64,000 nt of DNA from Coriobacteriia bacterium (GTDB lineage Bacteria; Actinomycetota; Coriobacteriia; Coriobacteriales; Atopobiaceae), in the NCBI GenBank assembly GCA_030530145.1, contig JAUMVN010000003.1:23037-87036 (forward strand). Direction: 5' to 3'. The stretch's first letter is position 1, and every line of letters begins with the position of its first letter. Of the stretch, positions 36,583 through 46,829 are shown one piece after another. Made by a program: the position numbers and the translations under genes. A model generated the notes under the pieces. It saw only the letters and a program-made list of their open reading frames with translations, searched no databases and was not told where the DNA came from.

Positions 36583-39500
36583 TTACTTCTTGCGGCGGAT
36601 CCTGGAAGCGACGACGCCGAGGACGCCGGTGCCGGCGATAGCGGCAATCGCCTCGCTGGCAAGAAGCGCGTCGCCGGTCTTCGGCGTGGCCTCCTTCTTG
36701 GTGTCCTTCTTCGTCTCCTCCTTCTTCTCTTCCTTCTTCGGCTCGGTGTAGGTGTTGTTGAACACAACGCTCGCACCGGAGACCTTGGCCTCGAGCTGGC
36801 CCTTGCCGTTGTCGGTGACGGTGACGGTCACGTCATAGGACTTGGTGTCGTAGGTGACGTCGGCCTGGTGGTCATTGACCTCGGAGATCGTGAACTTGTA
36901 CTCACCGGCGGCGGTGAATTCCTGAGAGAACTTGATGTTGCCGTTGGCGTCGTTCTTCGCGGTCTCGACGACGTTGCCGTCAGCGTCCTTCAGCTGGAAG
37001 CTGAACTGGCCGTCCTTGAGGGTGGCGCCGGAAAGGACCTTGGCGGCGCCGAAGGTGACGCTCGCGGTGCCGGCCTTGTAGGTGTTGTTGAAGGTGCCGT
37101 TGGCGACGACCGGGGTGGCAACGAGCTTGCCCTCGCCGTTATCGACGACGGTGATGGTGACGGTGGCCTCGTGGGTGTCGTAGGTGACGCCCTCGCCGTC
37201 GGTGCCCTGCTCGGCCACGGTGTACTCGTAGGTGCCGGCCTCGTTGAAGGTGAAGTCGTTGAAGCTGACAGTCTTGCCGGCCTTGGTAGCGACGCCCGTG
37301 GTGCCGTTGCTCGGCATCGGGTTGTTCGCGTCCTTCGCGGTGATGACGAAGGTGAACTTATCGTCGTCGGTCCAGTCGCGGCCCTCGAGGTTCTTGGTCA
37401 CCTCGACGCCGGAGGTCAGCTTGGCGGGCTCGGACGCGTACTTGTTCTTGAAGGTGATGCCCTCGTCGGACTCGGTCGCGGCCTTGGCGGAGAGGGTGCC
37501 GTCGCCGTTGTCGGTGACGGTGACGGTCACGGTGTACGTGGACTCGTCGTAGGTCACGCCGCCGAGGGTGCCCTGGACCTCCTTGACGGTGTAGACATAG
37601 TCACCGGCCGCGGTGTAGGTCTGAGCCTTGAAGGAAACCTTGCCGTCAGCGGCGTTGGTCGCGGTGTCGACAACGTTGTTCTGGGCGTCGACCAGCTGGA
37701 AGCTGAACTCGCCGGCCTTGAGGGTGCGGCCCTCGAGGGACTTGGTCACGTCGACGTCGGTGGTCACGGAGTACTCAACCGGCTCGGTCTTATAGGTGTT
37801 CTTGAAGGTAATGCCCTCGCCGGACTCGGTGGAGGCCTTGGCGGAGAGGGTGCCGTCGCCGTTGTCGGAGACGGTGACCTTCACGGTGTACTCGGACGTG
37901 TCGTAGGTCACGCCGCCGAGGGAACCCTTGACCTCGCGTACCTTGTAGGTGTGCTCGCCGAGGTCAGCGGCGGTATAGGTTAGAGCCTTGAAGTACACCT
38001 TGCCGTCATCGCCGTTGGTGGCCTCGGCAACGACCTCGTCGCCGTCGACCAGCTGGAAGGTGAACTCGCCCTCGTTGAGCGCGCGGCCCTCGAGGGACTT
38101 GGTCACGTCGACGTCGGCGGTCACGGAGTACTCAACCGGCTTGACGGTGTAGGTGTTCTCGAAACCGGCGATCTTCGAGGCGGTGGCGGTCATGGTGCCG
38201 TCGCCGTTGTCGACCACGGTGACCGTGAAGGTCTTGGCCTCAGCGTCGTTGGTCACGCCAGGCATGGAACCGGACTCGGTGATGGTGTAGTGGTACTCGC
38301 CGGCCTCGGTGAAGGTGATCTTGCCGAAGGCAACGCTGCCGGAAGCATCGTTGGTAACGGTGGTCTGCTCAGGGAGCGGGCCGTCGGTGGAGCTGATGGT
38401 GAAGCTGAAGTCGCCGCCCTTGAGCGCGGGAGGCGTGACGCCGTCCTGGGTAGCCTTGATCACCTTGGTGGTAAGGAGGCTCTCGATGGTGGTGGAGTCG
38501 GCCTTGTAGGTGTTCTTGAAGGTCTTGTCCTCAGGCGTGGCAACGGTGGCCACGAGCTGGCCCTCGTTGTTGTCGGTCACGGTAACGGTGACCTGCTTGG
38601 CGCCCTGGGTGACAGCGGTAACGCCGCCAGGCAGGTCGTCGGTGACCTCGGAGACCTCGTAGGTGTAGACGCCGGCCTTGTTGTAGGTGATGTCGCCGAA
38701 GGAGACGGTACCGTCAGCCGTGTTTTTAACGGTGGTCAACTCGGGCAGCGGAGCGTTGTTGTTGCTCGTCGCCTCGATCTGGAAGCTGAACTCGCCGGCC
38801 TTGAGGTCGCGGCCCTCGAGCACCTTCGTGAAGGAGAAGTTCGCGGCACCGTCGACGGTGACAGGCTTGGCCTCATAGCTGTTCTTGAAGACGCAGGAAG
38901 CGCCGTCCTCGTAGCTAGTGGTCGCGACCAGCTTGCCATCCTTCTCGACGACCTCGACGGTCACGACGGAGGTGTGCGTGTCGTAGGTGTAGCCCGCGGG
39001 AGCGGCGCCGGTCTCGGTCACGTTGAACTTATAGGTGCCGGACTCGTAGAAGGTGACCGCGCCGAACGAGAAGGACTTGGCCTCGCCGTCCTTGGCGCCC
39101 GAGACGGATGCGGTGTCCGCGCCCTGGGCGATGGAAACCTTATCGCCGTAGTTCTCGGCGGCGGTCAGCTTGAAGTTGAACGCGGAGGTCATGTCGTGGC
39201 CGGTCAGCGTCTTCGTGCCCTTGATGGCGGTCTCGCCCTCGAGCGTGACGGGCCAGGTCTCGTGGGTGTTGGTCACGGTGAGGGTGCCCGAGCCGGTGAC
39301 GGCGTCGCTGTAGGTGGTGACATAGCCGTCAACCGCGTCCTCCTCGACGGCCCAGGTGAGCTGGCCCACGCCCGCGGGGACGGTGACGGTCTTGATCCAG
39401 TTATCGGCCGCGGTGAGCTGGAAGGGGGCGCCGTAGTTCTGGCCGTTCTTCTTCAGCTGGACGGTGACGGAGGCGGGGAGCTGGGCGTCGCCGGTGTTCT

Positions 39501-40827
39501 CCCATGCCTTGGTCACGGTGACGGTGTCGACGGGGACCTTAATGGTCGGCTCCTCGTAGCCGTCGGACTTCTCGTCGGAGACCTGGTCGGGCTTGCCGGT
39601 CTCCTTGACGATGGTCTTGTAATAGACCTTGGTGCCAGTGGCGTCGTTGGAGGGGAGCTCAGTCTCCTTGCCGGCGGCGGCAGCGGCGTCGTAGGCCTTC
39701 TGGTTAGGCTTGATGGTAAAGATGACCTTGTAGGTCGCGCCCTTCTCGAGCTCGTAGTCCTTACCGTTCACGGTCGAGAGGTCCCACGTCAGGGTGTCGC
39801 CGCTGATGGTCGCCTGAGGGGCGTCAGTCCACGTAGAGGTGCCCTGGTCGGTGCCCTTCTCGTAGCGGACGTTTACGACGTCGTTGAAATCGACGTACTG
39901 GGAGAGCTTATCGACGATCTTCACGTCCTTGTAGAACGCGGACTTCTTGATGGTCTGGGCAATCTGCTCGAAGGCGGTCTTCACCTTCTCCTCGGACGTG
40001 CCGTCGAGGAAGGTGCTATTGGTGTCCTTTGCGAAGGACTGCATCTTGGTGGCGTCGTTGGAAATGCTTACCGCGAACATCCCAACGGAAGTTCCGCGCT
40101 TATTCGCCTCGTCCTTGGCAGCGCCGTAGTTCCAGCCATTGCGGTCAGAATTGCCGGTGCCGTAGACCTGGTAACCCCAATTATAATCATCTGCACGGTC
40201 ATTGTACTTACTGTCGCGGTACGTCGCGTTACCGTCGGACAGGAAAACGATGTACTTCTCGGCGCCCTCGCGGCCCGTGGAAAGGCTATTCGCGTTGGAG
40301 AGACCAGCTTCCCAGTTTGTTCCCTGGTTTTGATTGGCGCGTGACGGCACGCTGCTGTAAACAGCATTCGCGTCGGTGGTCCAGCCCTGAACCGTCTGAG
40401 CATGGGTGCCGAATGTGACCACAGACATCTTGATCTGCTGGTTCTCCGGCAGCTTGGAGTTGTTCTCGTTCAGGAGGGTATCCGCAAGCACCTTAGTGGC
40501 GTTCTTTGCGGCCTGCATCTTAGAAGTCCGGCTCCCTCCACCGATTCCCTCATTCATCGAGGTGGAGACGTCCACGACGACCACGACGTCGATCGGCTTG
40601 CCGTACTCGGACTCGGCCGCGTCGCCGATGACGGAGAGGGCCAGGTCGTAGGTGCCATCGCCGTTGTCGGTGATGGTCTTGTGGTGCGCGGGGGCCTGGT
40701 CGGTGATGTCGCTCGCCAGGGCAGCGGTCGGCACGAGGGCCGTCGCGCCGAGAATAGCGCTAAGCGCCACGGCGAAGAGTGCGACCCCCCCTCGCAGCTG
40801 TTTTCCGGCCTTACTAAACAACTTCAT
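36583..40827 (-). CDS. Sortase-anchored adhesin 2: vWA domain, CnaB-like domain, about seven Spy0128/FctA-like repeats, TPKTGD anchor
   Basis: Signal peptide; MIDAS-like DVSTS; TNWEAGL, VFLSDG; repeated xTKxLxGR..F.F.L modules; TPKTGD-TM-RIRRKK. Confidence 0.88.
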   Translation of the reverse strand: MKLFSKAGKQLRGGVALFAVALSAILGATALVPTAALASDITDQAPAHHKTITDNGDGTYDLALSVIGDAAESEYGKPIDVVVVVDVSTSMNEGIGGGSRTSKMQAAKNATKVLADTLLNENNSKLPENQQIKMSVVTFGTHAQTVQGWTTDANAVYSSVPSRANQNQGTNWEAGLSNANSLSTGREGAEKYIVFLSDGNATYRDSKYNDRADDYNWGYQVYGTGNSDRNGWNYGAAKDEANKRGTSVGMFAVSISNDATKMQSFAKDTNSTFLDGTSEEKVKTAFEQIAQTIKKSAFYKDVKIVDKLSQYVDFNDVVNVRYEKGTDQGTSTWTDAPQATISGDTLTWDLSTVNGKDYELEKGATYKVIFTIKPNQKAYDAAAAAGKETELPSNDATGTKVYYKTIVKETGKPDQVSDEKSDGYEEPTIKVPVDTVTVTKAWENTGDAQLPASVTVQLKKNGQNYGAPFQLTAADNWIKTVTVPAGVGQLTWAVEEDAVDGYVTTYSDAVTGSGTLTVTNTHETWPVTLEGETAIKGTKTLTGHDMTSAFNFKLTAAENYGDKVSIAQGADTASVSGAKDGEAKSFSFGAVTFYESGTYKFNVTETGAAPAGYTYDTHTSVVTVEVVEKDGKLVATTSYEDGASCVFKNSYEAKPVTVDGAANFSFTKVLEGRDLKAGEFSFQIEATSNNNAPLPELTTVKNTADGTVSFGDITYNKAGVYTYEVSEVTDDLPGGVTAVTQGAKQVTVTVTDNNEGQLVATVATPEDKTFKNTYKADSTTIESLLTTKVIKATQDGVTPPALKGGDFSFTISSTDGPLPEQTTVTNDASGSVAFGKITFTEAGEYHYTITESGSMPGVTNDAEAKTFTVTVVDNGDGTMTATASKIAGFENTYTVKPVEYSVTADVDVTKSLEGRALNEGEFTFQLVDGDEVVAEATNGDDGKVYFKALTYTAADLGEHTYKVREVKGSLGGVTYDTSEYTVKVTVSDNGDGTLSAKASTESGEGITFKNTYKTEPVEYSVTTDVDVTKSLEGRTLKAGEFSFQLVDAQNNVVDTATNAADGKVSFKAQTYTAAGDYVYTVKEVQGTLGGVTYDESTYTVTVTVTDNGDGTLSAKAATESDEGITFKNKYASEPAKLTSGVEVTKNLEGRDWTDDDKFTFVITAKDANNPMPSNGTTGVATKAGKTVSFNDFTFNEAGTYEYTVAEQGTDGEGVTYDTHEATVTITVVDNGEGKLVATPVVANGTFNNTYKAGTASVTFGAAKVLSGATLKDGQFSFQLKDADGNVVETAKNDANGNIKFSQEFTAAGEYKFTISEVNDHQADVTYDTKSYDVTVTVTDNGKGQLEAKVSGASVVFNNTYTEPKKEEKKEETKKDTKKEATPKTGDALLASEAIAAIAGTGVLGVVASRIRRKK

Positions 40828-41149
40828 GCGACCACTCCCAACGTTTACTACGTGTATGCAGCGTTTATAGAACCCGACCGAATTTCGGCAGGATTCATCC
40901 AGTGAGACAAAGGTATTGTCGCAGAGGTTGAGTTGCAGGGGGATGAAGGTTGGTTGAATGTTGGTCGAGGGGGTACGTCTTAACTTGAGCCGAGCTGAAA
41001 CCGCGAGCCGCTAGATGCTAGCCTGAAGGAAATTCTGCTTGCTTTTCTGATATTTCATCAGATAACAGTCTTCACAGGTTCTTCACAGTTAGCGGTAAAT
41101 TAGGGCAAATCAGTGCGCCCGGGGTACAGAGTCTTCGGCCACCGCCACG

Positions 41150-41271
41150 CTCGAGGTGGTGCGCGCGACACCACCTCGAGCGATTTTCTTGACAGTTTCG
41201 CACCACCTCGGCGAGAAACGCCTCCAGGTGGCGCCACCTCGAGGGCAGCACCACCTGGAGGCACCACCTCG
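41150..41271 (+). repeat. Repeat family D, copy 4
   Basis: Perfect 12-bp stems CTCGAGGTGGTG/CACCACCTCGAG and GCCTCCAGGTGG/CCACCTGGAGGC; abuts the adhesin-3 terminator. Confidence 0.92.
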
Positions 41272-41341
41272 ACGCATGAAACAGCCGCCCCGGGCTCGGA
41301 GAGCTCGGGGCGACCGGCGCGCGGGAGATTATCCGCAGCGT

Positions 41342-43342
41342 TTACTTCTTGCGGCGGATCCTGGAAGCGGCGACCCCGAGGATGCCGGTGCCGGCGATGG
41401 CTGCGATAGCCTCGCTGGCAAGAAGCGCGTCGCCGGTCTTCGGCGTGGCGCCCTTCTTGGTTTTCTTCGTGGCGGTCTTGTTGGAGTCGTCCTTACCGGA
41501 GTCGTCCTTCTTGCCCTCGTTCTTCTTCGTGCCGGTATAGGTGTTGGTCACGGTGAGGGTGCCCGAGCCGGTGACGGCATCGCTGTAGGCGGTGGTGTAG
41601 TTGGGCACAGCATCCTCGACAACGGACCAGGTGAGCTGGCCCACGCCGGCGGGGACGGTGACGGTCTTGGTCCAGTTGTCGCCCGCAGTGAGCTGGAAGG
41701 CCTCGCCGTAGTTCTGGCCGTTCTTCTTCAGCTGGACGGTAACGGAGGCGGGAAGCTGGGCGTCGCCGGTGTTCTTCCACTCCTTGGTCACGGTGACGGT
41801 GGCGACGGGGACCTTGATGGTCGGCTCCTCGTAGCCATCAGTACCTTTGTACCTGTCGACCTCCTCGTTATTCTTCTTTGCGACGACGTCATAGGACAGC
41901 TTGGTGCCGTCGGGATCGTTGGAGGGCAACTCGGTCTCCGCGCCGGCAGCCGCTGCGGCGTCGTAAGCATTCTGGTTCGGCTTAACGGTAAAGGTCATCT
42001 TGTAGGTGACGCCGTCCTCGAGCTCACCTTCGCCCGAGAGGTCCCAAGTGATGGTCTTCCCGCTCACAGTAGCCTTGGGAGCACCGTCCCAGGTGGTAGC
42101 CACGCCATCGACGACCTTCTCGTAGCGGACGTCGGTCACGTCGGCAAAGTCGACGTAGTCAGAAAGCTGGTCGGTAATCTTCACGTTCTCGTAGGAGGCG
42201 GAGTTCGTCACGAGGTTGGCAATCTTGGCGAACGCGTTCTTGAGGGTCCCCTCATCGTAGCCGTCGACCTCGTTGTTGCCCTCGTAGTAGGTTCCGTTGA
42301 TATCGGAAGCGAACTTCTTCATCTCGGTCGGGTCGGTCGAGACGTTCACCAGGAGCATCTGAACCGAGGAATCGATCTTCTGAGCCTCGGCCAATGCGGA
42401 CGCGTAGTTACGCCCAAGCTTGTCAGAACTGCCGGTGCCGTACTTACCGGTCGAGAATGCCCAACGGTCGTCACTGCCATGAATAGCGTCGTCGTAGCCG
42501 TGATCGTGACTGTCCCCCCAGGGATTACCCTGGACGAAGCCATTGACGCTGGTACGCAACGTGGGAAGACCGTCGGAGACAAAGACGATGTACTTCTTCG
42601 CGCCATCTCGACCGTCTTCGGTAAGCTTCTTGTTGGCGGCAGCGAGGGCATCTTCCCAGTTCGTTCCCCCGTTGGCGGTAAGTTGGTCGACCGCGGCCTT
42701 GAACTCGTCCGAATCGCCACCCTTGTAGACCACATCATCCGCCTGCGCCTCGGTCGAATATGTGACCAGCGAGACCTGAACGTCGCTCTTCTCGTTCTCA
42801 ATCAGCTGGTCGCCCAGCGTGTTGAGAGCCTTCTTTACGACCTCATTCCACGTCGTTTCGTAGAAGACTGGATCGCGGCCATCACTCTTGCATCGGTCTA
42901 GATAGTCCATTTTTTGACCGTTAGACATCTTGTAATACCACGTGTCTTTGTCGCAGCTTCTTATCTTTCCGTAATAGACCTCAACATAATCGTTGATACC
43001 CTGGTTAATGAACCCGATTACGCCCATGTACGACTTCGACGTATCTGGCGAGGAAACCTCGCGTATGGGCCGACTCATCGAGCCGGAGACGTCCTGCACC
43101 ACGACGACGTCGGCCTTCGTCGAGGTGGTGGAAGCCTCGACGGCTCCCTTGACCGTAAGGGACAGATCGTAGGTGCCGTCGCCGTTGTCGGTGATCGTCT
43201 TCTCGTGCTCAGGAACCTGATCGTTGATGGCCGCGAGCGCAGTCGACGGCGCGACAGCCGCAAGGGCCAAAAGCGCGCTAAGCGCTACCGTGAAGAGCGC
43301 GACCCCCCGAAGCCTCTTTCCAGCATTAGCGAACGACTTCAT
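41342..43342 (-). CDS. Sortase-anchored adhesin 3: vWA domain, CnaB-like domain, TPKTGD anchor (short paralog of adhesin 2)
   Basis: Start MKSFANAGK at 43342 after AAGGAG; DVSGS, TNWEDAL, VFVSDG; shares N-terminal KTITDNGDGTYDL and the C-terminal modules with adhesin 2. Confidence 0.88.
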   Translation of the reverse strand: MKSFANAGKRLRGVALFTVALSALLALAAVAPSTALAAINDQVPEHEKTITDNGDGTYDLSLTVKGAVEASTTSTKADVVVVQDVSGSMSRPIREVSSPDTSKSYMGVIGFINQGINDYVEVYYGKIRSCDKDTWYYKMSNGQKMDYLDRCKSDGRDPVFYETTWNEVVKKALNTLGDQLIENEKSDVQVSLVTYSTEAQADDVVYKGGDSDEFKAAVDQLTANGGTNWEDALAAANKKLTEDGRDGAKKYIVFVSDGLPTLRTSVNGFVQGNPWGDSHDHGYDDAIHGSDDRWAFSTGKYGTGSSDKLGRNYASALAEAQKIDSSVQMLLVNVSTDPTEMKKFASDINGTYYEGNNEVDGYDEGTLKNAFAKIANLVTNSASYENVKITDQLSDYVDFADVTDVRYEKVVDGVATTWDGAPKATVSGKTITWDLSGEGELEDGVTYKMTFTVKPNQNAYDAAAAAGAETELPSNDPDGTKLSYDVVAKKNNEEVDRYKGTDGYEEPTIKVPVATVTVTKEWKNTGDAQLPASVTVQLKKNGQNYGEAFQLTAGDNWTKTVTVPAGVGQLTWSVVEDAVPNYTTAYSDAVTGSGTLTVTNTYTGTKKNEGKKDDSGKDDSNKTATKKTKKGATPKTGDALLASEAIAAIAGTGILGVAASRIRRKK

Positions 43343-43630
43343 GCGACCACTCCTTAGCTTTGCCGCGCATGCGGCAACCGATTCGCCCAATAATCCGAAG
43401 CTATTTTTGCGGATGCTTGTTTTCGGAGGGGTGACAGTCGCTTAACGATTGGTTGAGAGTAACGCACAGGCTTGAAGTTTGCTGAAATAGATTACGAGAA
43501 AACTGCGCTTCACAGGCGGTTTCTTATGTAGTTTGCTTCATATCCTTATATGTAAAGAAGCACAGGTCTTCACAGGTTCTCCACTTTATGGAAGACTTCA
43601 CTCAGGAGAGGGGGCTAGAACCGAGTTGTC

Positions 43631-43756
43631 CCAGGTGGTGTATAGCTCGAGGTGGTGCGCGCGACACCACCTCGGGCGATTTTCTTGGCAGTTTCGCGCC
43701 ACCTCGGCGAGAAACGCCTCCAGGTGTCACCACCTCGAGGGCAACACCACCTCGAG
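43631..43756 (+). repeat. Repeat family D, copy 5
   Basis: Same core and orientation; lies just past the purB terminator. Confidence 0.92.
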
Positions 43757-43844
43757 CGCACCGGGCGTACGCGGCAAGAAAAACGCCGCCGACCCGAGCG
43801 GGGACGGCGGCGCGAACAGCGCTTCTTACCAGTGAATCGCGACC

Positions 43845-45191
<1,347 letters not shown>

Positions 45192-45314
45192 GCGGTTTCC
45201 TCCAAGGAGTCGATCAGGCCAGATACGGCCATTCTACCAGCAGCGGGTATCGGCGTGACGGCAGGTGGCCGGCTGTCGGCGCGGGGCCGGCGGCCGGCCA
45301 CCCGATGAAGCGGG

Positions 45315-46708
45315 TTAGGCGGTGGCGGAGACGGCGCGCGCCGCCGTGTCGCTACGCGTGGAGTCGCTCGTGTCGATGGTCATGGACTGGAAACGGTTGG
45401 CCATGAAGTCGTCGCCGCAGTACTCGGCGAAGAACCACTCGATGGGCGTCGACGGCTGCACGCCGGAGGTGCGCTCAAACCAGCAGTCGAGGCTGCCCAG
45501 CGTCAGCAGGCCGTCGGCGATCATCAGCGCGGCGAACACCGCCGTGGCGCCGTAGCGAAGGCGCCACGGGATGGCGTTGATCCCGCGCAGGATCACCGGC
45601 AGGATCAGCTTGACCCACACCAGGCCGAGCACGCCCCACATGGCCAGGAAGAACGTCGAGGTGTCTCCCCCGGTCAGCCCCGCCACCGGGTCCGGGCAGA
45701 GGCCGAAGAGCGTGTAGCTGCTGTAGTTCCACGCCGTGATGCCGAACGACGTGCGCATAAAGACGGCCGTCGCCCACTCGAACCCGCCGCCCACGAGGCC
45801 GGCGACCACGAACGTGATCACGGGGTTCTTGTTGTACAGGCGGTTGAGCGCGAGCGAGACGAGCACCGCGCCGAACCCGTAGATCGGCGAGAAGGGCCCG
45901 ACGAGCAGGCCGGCGCGGTCCTGGTAGACGCCGGGGTCGACGACGGTCACGTGCCAGACGATCTCCAGCAGAAGCCCCAGGATGCTGCAGGTAAAGAACA
46001 TCCAGAATACGTTGAAGAAGTCCACGCGCATGAATCCCTTGCCGCTCAGGTCGCGCCCGAGCATGCCGTGCGCGGCGGCGTCGAGGTCGACGGCCTGGTC
46101 GTGGGCCCTCTTTCCGCGGCGCTCCGCGATGAGCGCGGGGTCGAGCGCGGTCGAGAAGATGATGAGCGCGATTATCTCCACGAACGAGAGCAGCGCGGTG
46201 GTCGAGAAGCCCGAGAGCATGAACGAGAGCGCCAGGCTGATGGCCTCGAGCCACACCAGCCAGCGCGACCAGACGGCGGCGCGGCGCGGCACGCTCCTTC
46301 GCAGCGAGCGGCCCACCTTGAGCATGATGACGCACTCGACGACGGCAGCGACCGTCGCGGCGGCGGTGAGGATAAGCGCGAGCTTGCTGTCGATGTAGTC
46401 GGAGACCTCGATGTCGAAGGGGCCGTCGAGCAGGTAGTACGCGGTCAGCGCGGCGCCGGCGAGGCCGAAGGCGAGCAGCGTCAGCCAGCCGGAGACGGTG
46501 AGCCACCAACCGTAGATGCGCAGGCCGAGGGCAAACTTGCCGTCCTCGGGGCCGCCCACCTCGTGCGCCCACGCGGAGACGCCCTCGGCCGGGGCGGCAT
46601 CCGGCTACTCGGGGGGCGGGGGGGCGGCGGGCGCGGGGGCCGGCGCTGCCTCGGCCGCGGCATCAGCCGCAGCGGTTTCCTCGGGCTCAGGCTTCTTTAT
46701 ATCGGTCA
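45315..46708 (-). CDS. Putative ABC-transporter permease-like membrane protein (CmpB/DUF975-type), with an in-frame TAG at codon 35 if the GTG 46708 start is used
   Basis: GPFSPIYGFG, FEWATAVF..AWNYS motifs; SD GGGAGA precedes GTG 46708; TAG at 46605-46607 is in frame with the 45315..46559 ORF. Confidence 0.7.
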
Positions 46709-46829
46709 CGAAAATATCTCCCGTTCGTTGACGTCGCAGGCGGCCGCGGGCGGGCGGCACTTCTCGTTTATTATCAGTCTGGTCAAGCCCGGATGGGCGC
46801 AGGATATAAAAGCCGAGGCAGGAGGCCGC

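Noticed and set aside
40828-41149. c-di-GMP or other riboswitch in the long adhesin leaders
   Set aside because: No recognisable GEMM or class II consensus by eye; an Rfam covariance search would be needed.
41150-41271. CGAGGTGG as a Chi site or anti-Shine-Dalgarno decoy
   Set aside because: Resemblance to GCTGGTGG and to GGAGGTG is superficial; the motifs occur in both orientations in stems, and actinobacterial AdnAB has no established Chi.
30802-43756. Family D as a CRISPR array
   Set aside because: Within each copy the sequences between CCACCTCG motifs are conserved between copies rather than unique spacers; copies are kilobases apart; no cas genes in the window.
30802-43756. Family D as classical integron attC sites
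   Set aside because: No RYYYAAC/GTTRRRY ends and no tyrosine recombinase in the window; only the overall architecture is integron-like, so it is reported as an analogy.
46605-46607. Pyrrolysine recoding of the in-frame TAG
   Set aside because: No pyl genes or PYLIS-like context in the window, the site is in a low-complexity N-terminal tail, and many genes here end in TAG normally; mutation or sequencing error is more likely.
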